A stretch of DNA of 62,208 nt, counting the filler, from Asterionella formosa (lineage: Eukaryota), in assembly GCA_002256025.1 (NCBI GenBank). It is 24 parts of 24 records of this genome, joined end to end, with 100 filler letters (N's around TTAATTAATTAA, not from the genome) between each part and the next. Parts side by side here need not be neighbours in the genome. Positions count along the whole stretch, not along the records: positions 59,725 to 62,208 come from NKIB01015207.1; 23 more parts are not named here. The stretch is one strand, 5' to 3'. Positions 61,581 to 62,208 of this stretch are shown piece after piece. The stretch's first letter is position 1. Every line of letters begins with the position of its first letter. Below the pieces are notes generated by a model. That model saw only the letters and a list, made by a program, of their open reading frames with translations, had not been told where the DNA came from and searched no databases. A program made the position numbers and the translations under genes.

Positions 61581-61623
61581 CGCCGTTTACGGCACTTTTT
61601 CGAATTTATGTCTAAAGTGACGT

Positions 61624-61700
61624 ATTTATGCTACTTTTTTAAAATATTATGTTACTTTCTAAAATATTATGTTACTTTTTTGAAATATTATGCTACTTTT
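61624..61700. repeat. About 20-bp AT-rich tandem repeat (AAAATATTATGYTACTTTYT), about 4 copies
   Basis: Directly visible imperfect copies. Confidence 0.85.
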
Positions 61701-62208
61701 TCCCTAATTTATTCGGGTTAAACAAAAATTTATTTCACTTATCGAATAATTATGTGATCACACCAATAATTATGTGTGTTTGTGACAATATATGTTGACC
61801 AACTAGCCATCGCAACAGTTTAAAAGCAAAATAATGCTGCTCTGCCGCAATATTATGCTGCTTTCACCATATAATAAACGAAAGAGTCGCCAATTCCGAT
61901 TCACTTATTATTTTTTCCGCTCCGACATGTTTCTTTGATCTGAACTGGCAAAGAATAAAACATGCAAGAGGAAGATTCACACAGTAGAATTCAGCACACG
62001 TAGTAGTAGTTGATGTTGTAGACACATTATTAAGTCATTGTTGATTGTAGAGATTACAATAGCCTGCCAGATTGGAAATATAGCACCGTTGGTACTCGTT
62101 GAGCATCGTTGAGCATTGCATGTCTCCGTAGTGAATCGAAATTGAGATGTGCCACAATGGCCTTCTCCGTTTCGGAGCAGCTACAAATAGTCTACAGCGA
62201 TAACTCTA

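Overview
This is not one genomic locus. It is 24 unrelated contigs of about 2.5 kb, joined by artificial 100-nt linkers (N44-TTAATTAATTAA-N44), so adjacency across a linker means nothing. The source is a eukaryote, almost certainly a diatom: it has ASAF-type bipartite plastid presequences, GT-AG introns and diatom-type copia/gypsy elements. Intact host genes are plastid-targeted ilvC (KARI) and dapL, a small SET protein, a TM-LRR-ARM protein and two hypothetical proteins. Decayed host-gene copies are PGRL1, dPGM, a PPTase, an IRAK/Pelle-like kinase and a GNAT-like gene. Most of the rest is mobile DNA: Ty3/gypsy (3 copies of one family), Ty1/copia (5 fragments), a LINE, a DIRS/Ngaro-type tyrosine-recombinase (YR) retrotransposon, a PIF/Harbinger transposase, MITE-like hairpins and two different Crypton-like YR families. 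The strongest findings from reading the sequence are: (1) one Crypton-like family can be rebuilt from three contigs, with conserved GGTAGAA-based palindromic end sites and an internally deleted copy; (2) a tandem TRIM mini-retrotransposon sits at that Crypton end; (3) a C/D-box snoRNA with an 18S guide lies in the ilvC intron; (4) an unclassified dispersed repeat carries arrays of 30-bp palindromes upstream of a cryptic decayed ORF; (5) an LRR gene varies mainly at its exposed codons; (6) TA-CCGG-TA-like micro-insertions are pervasive. All family assignments come from motif recognition, not database searches.
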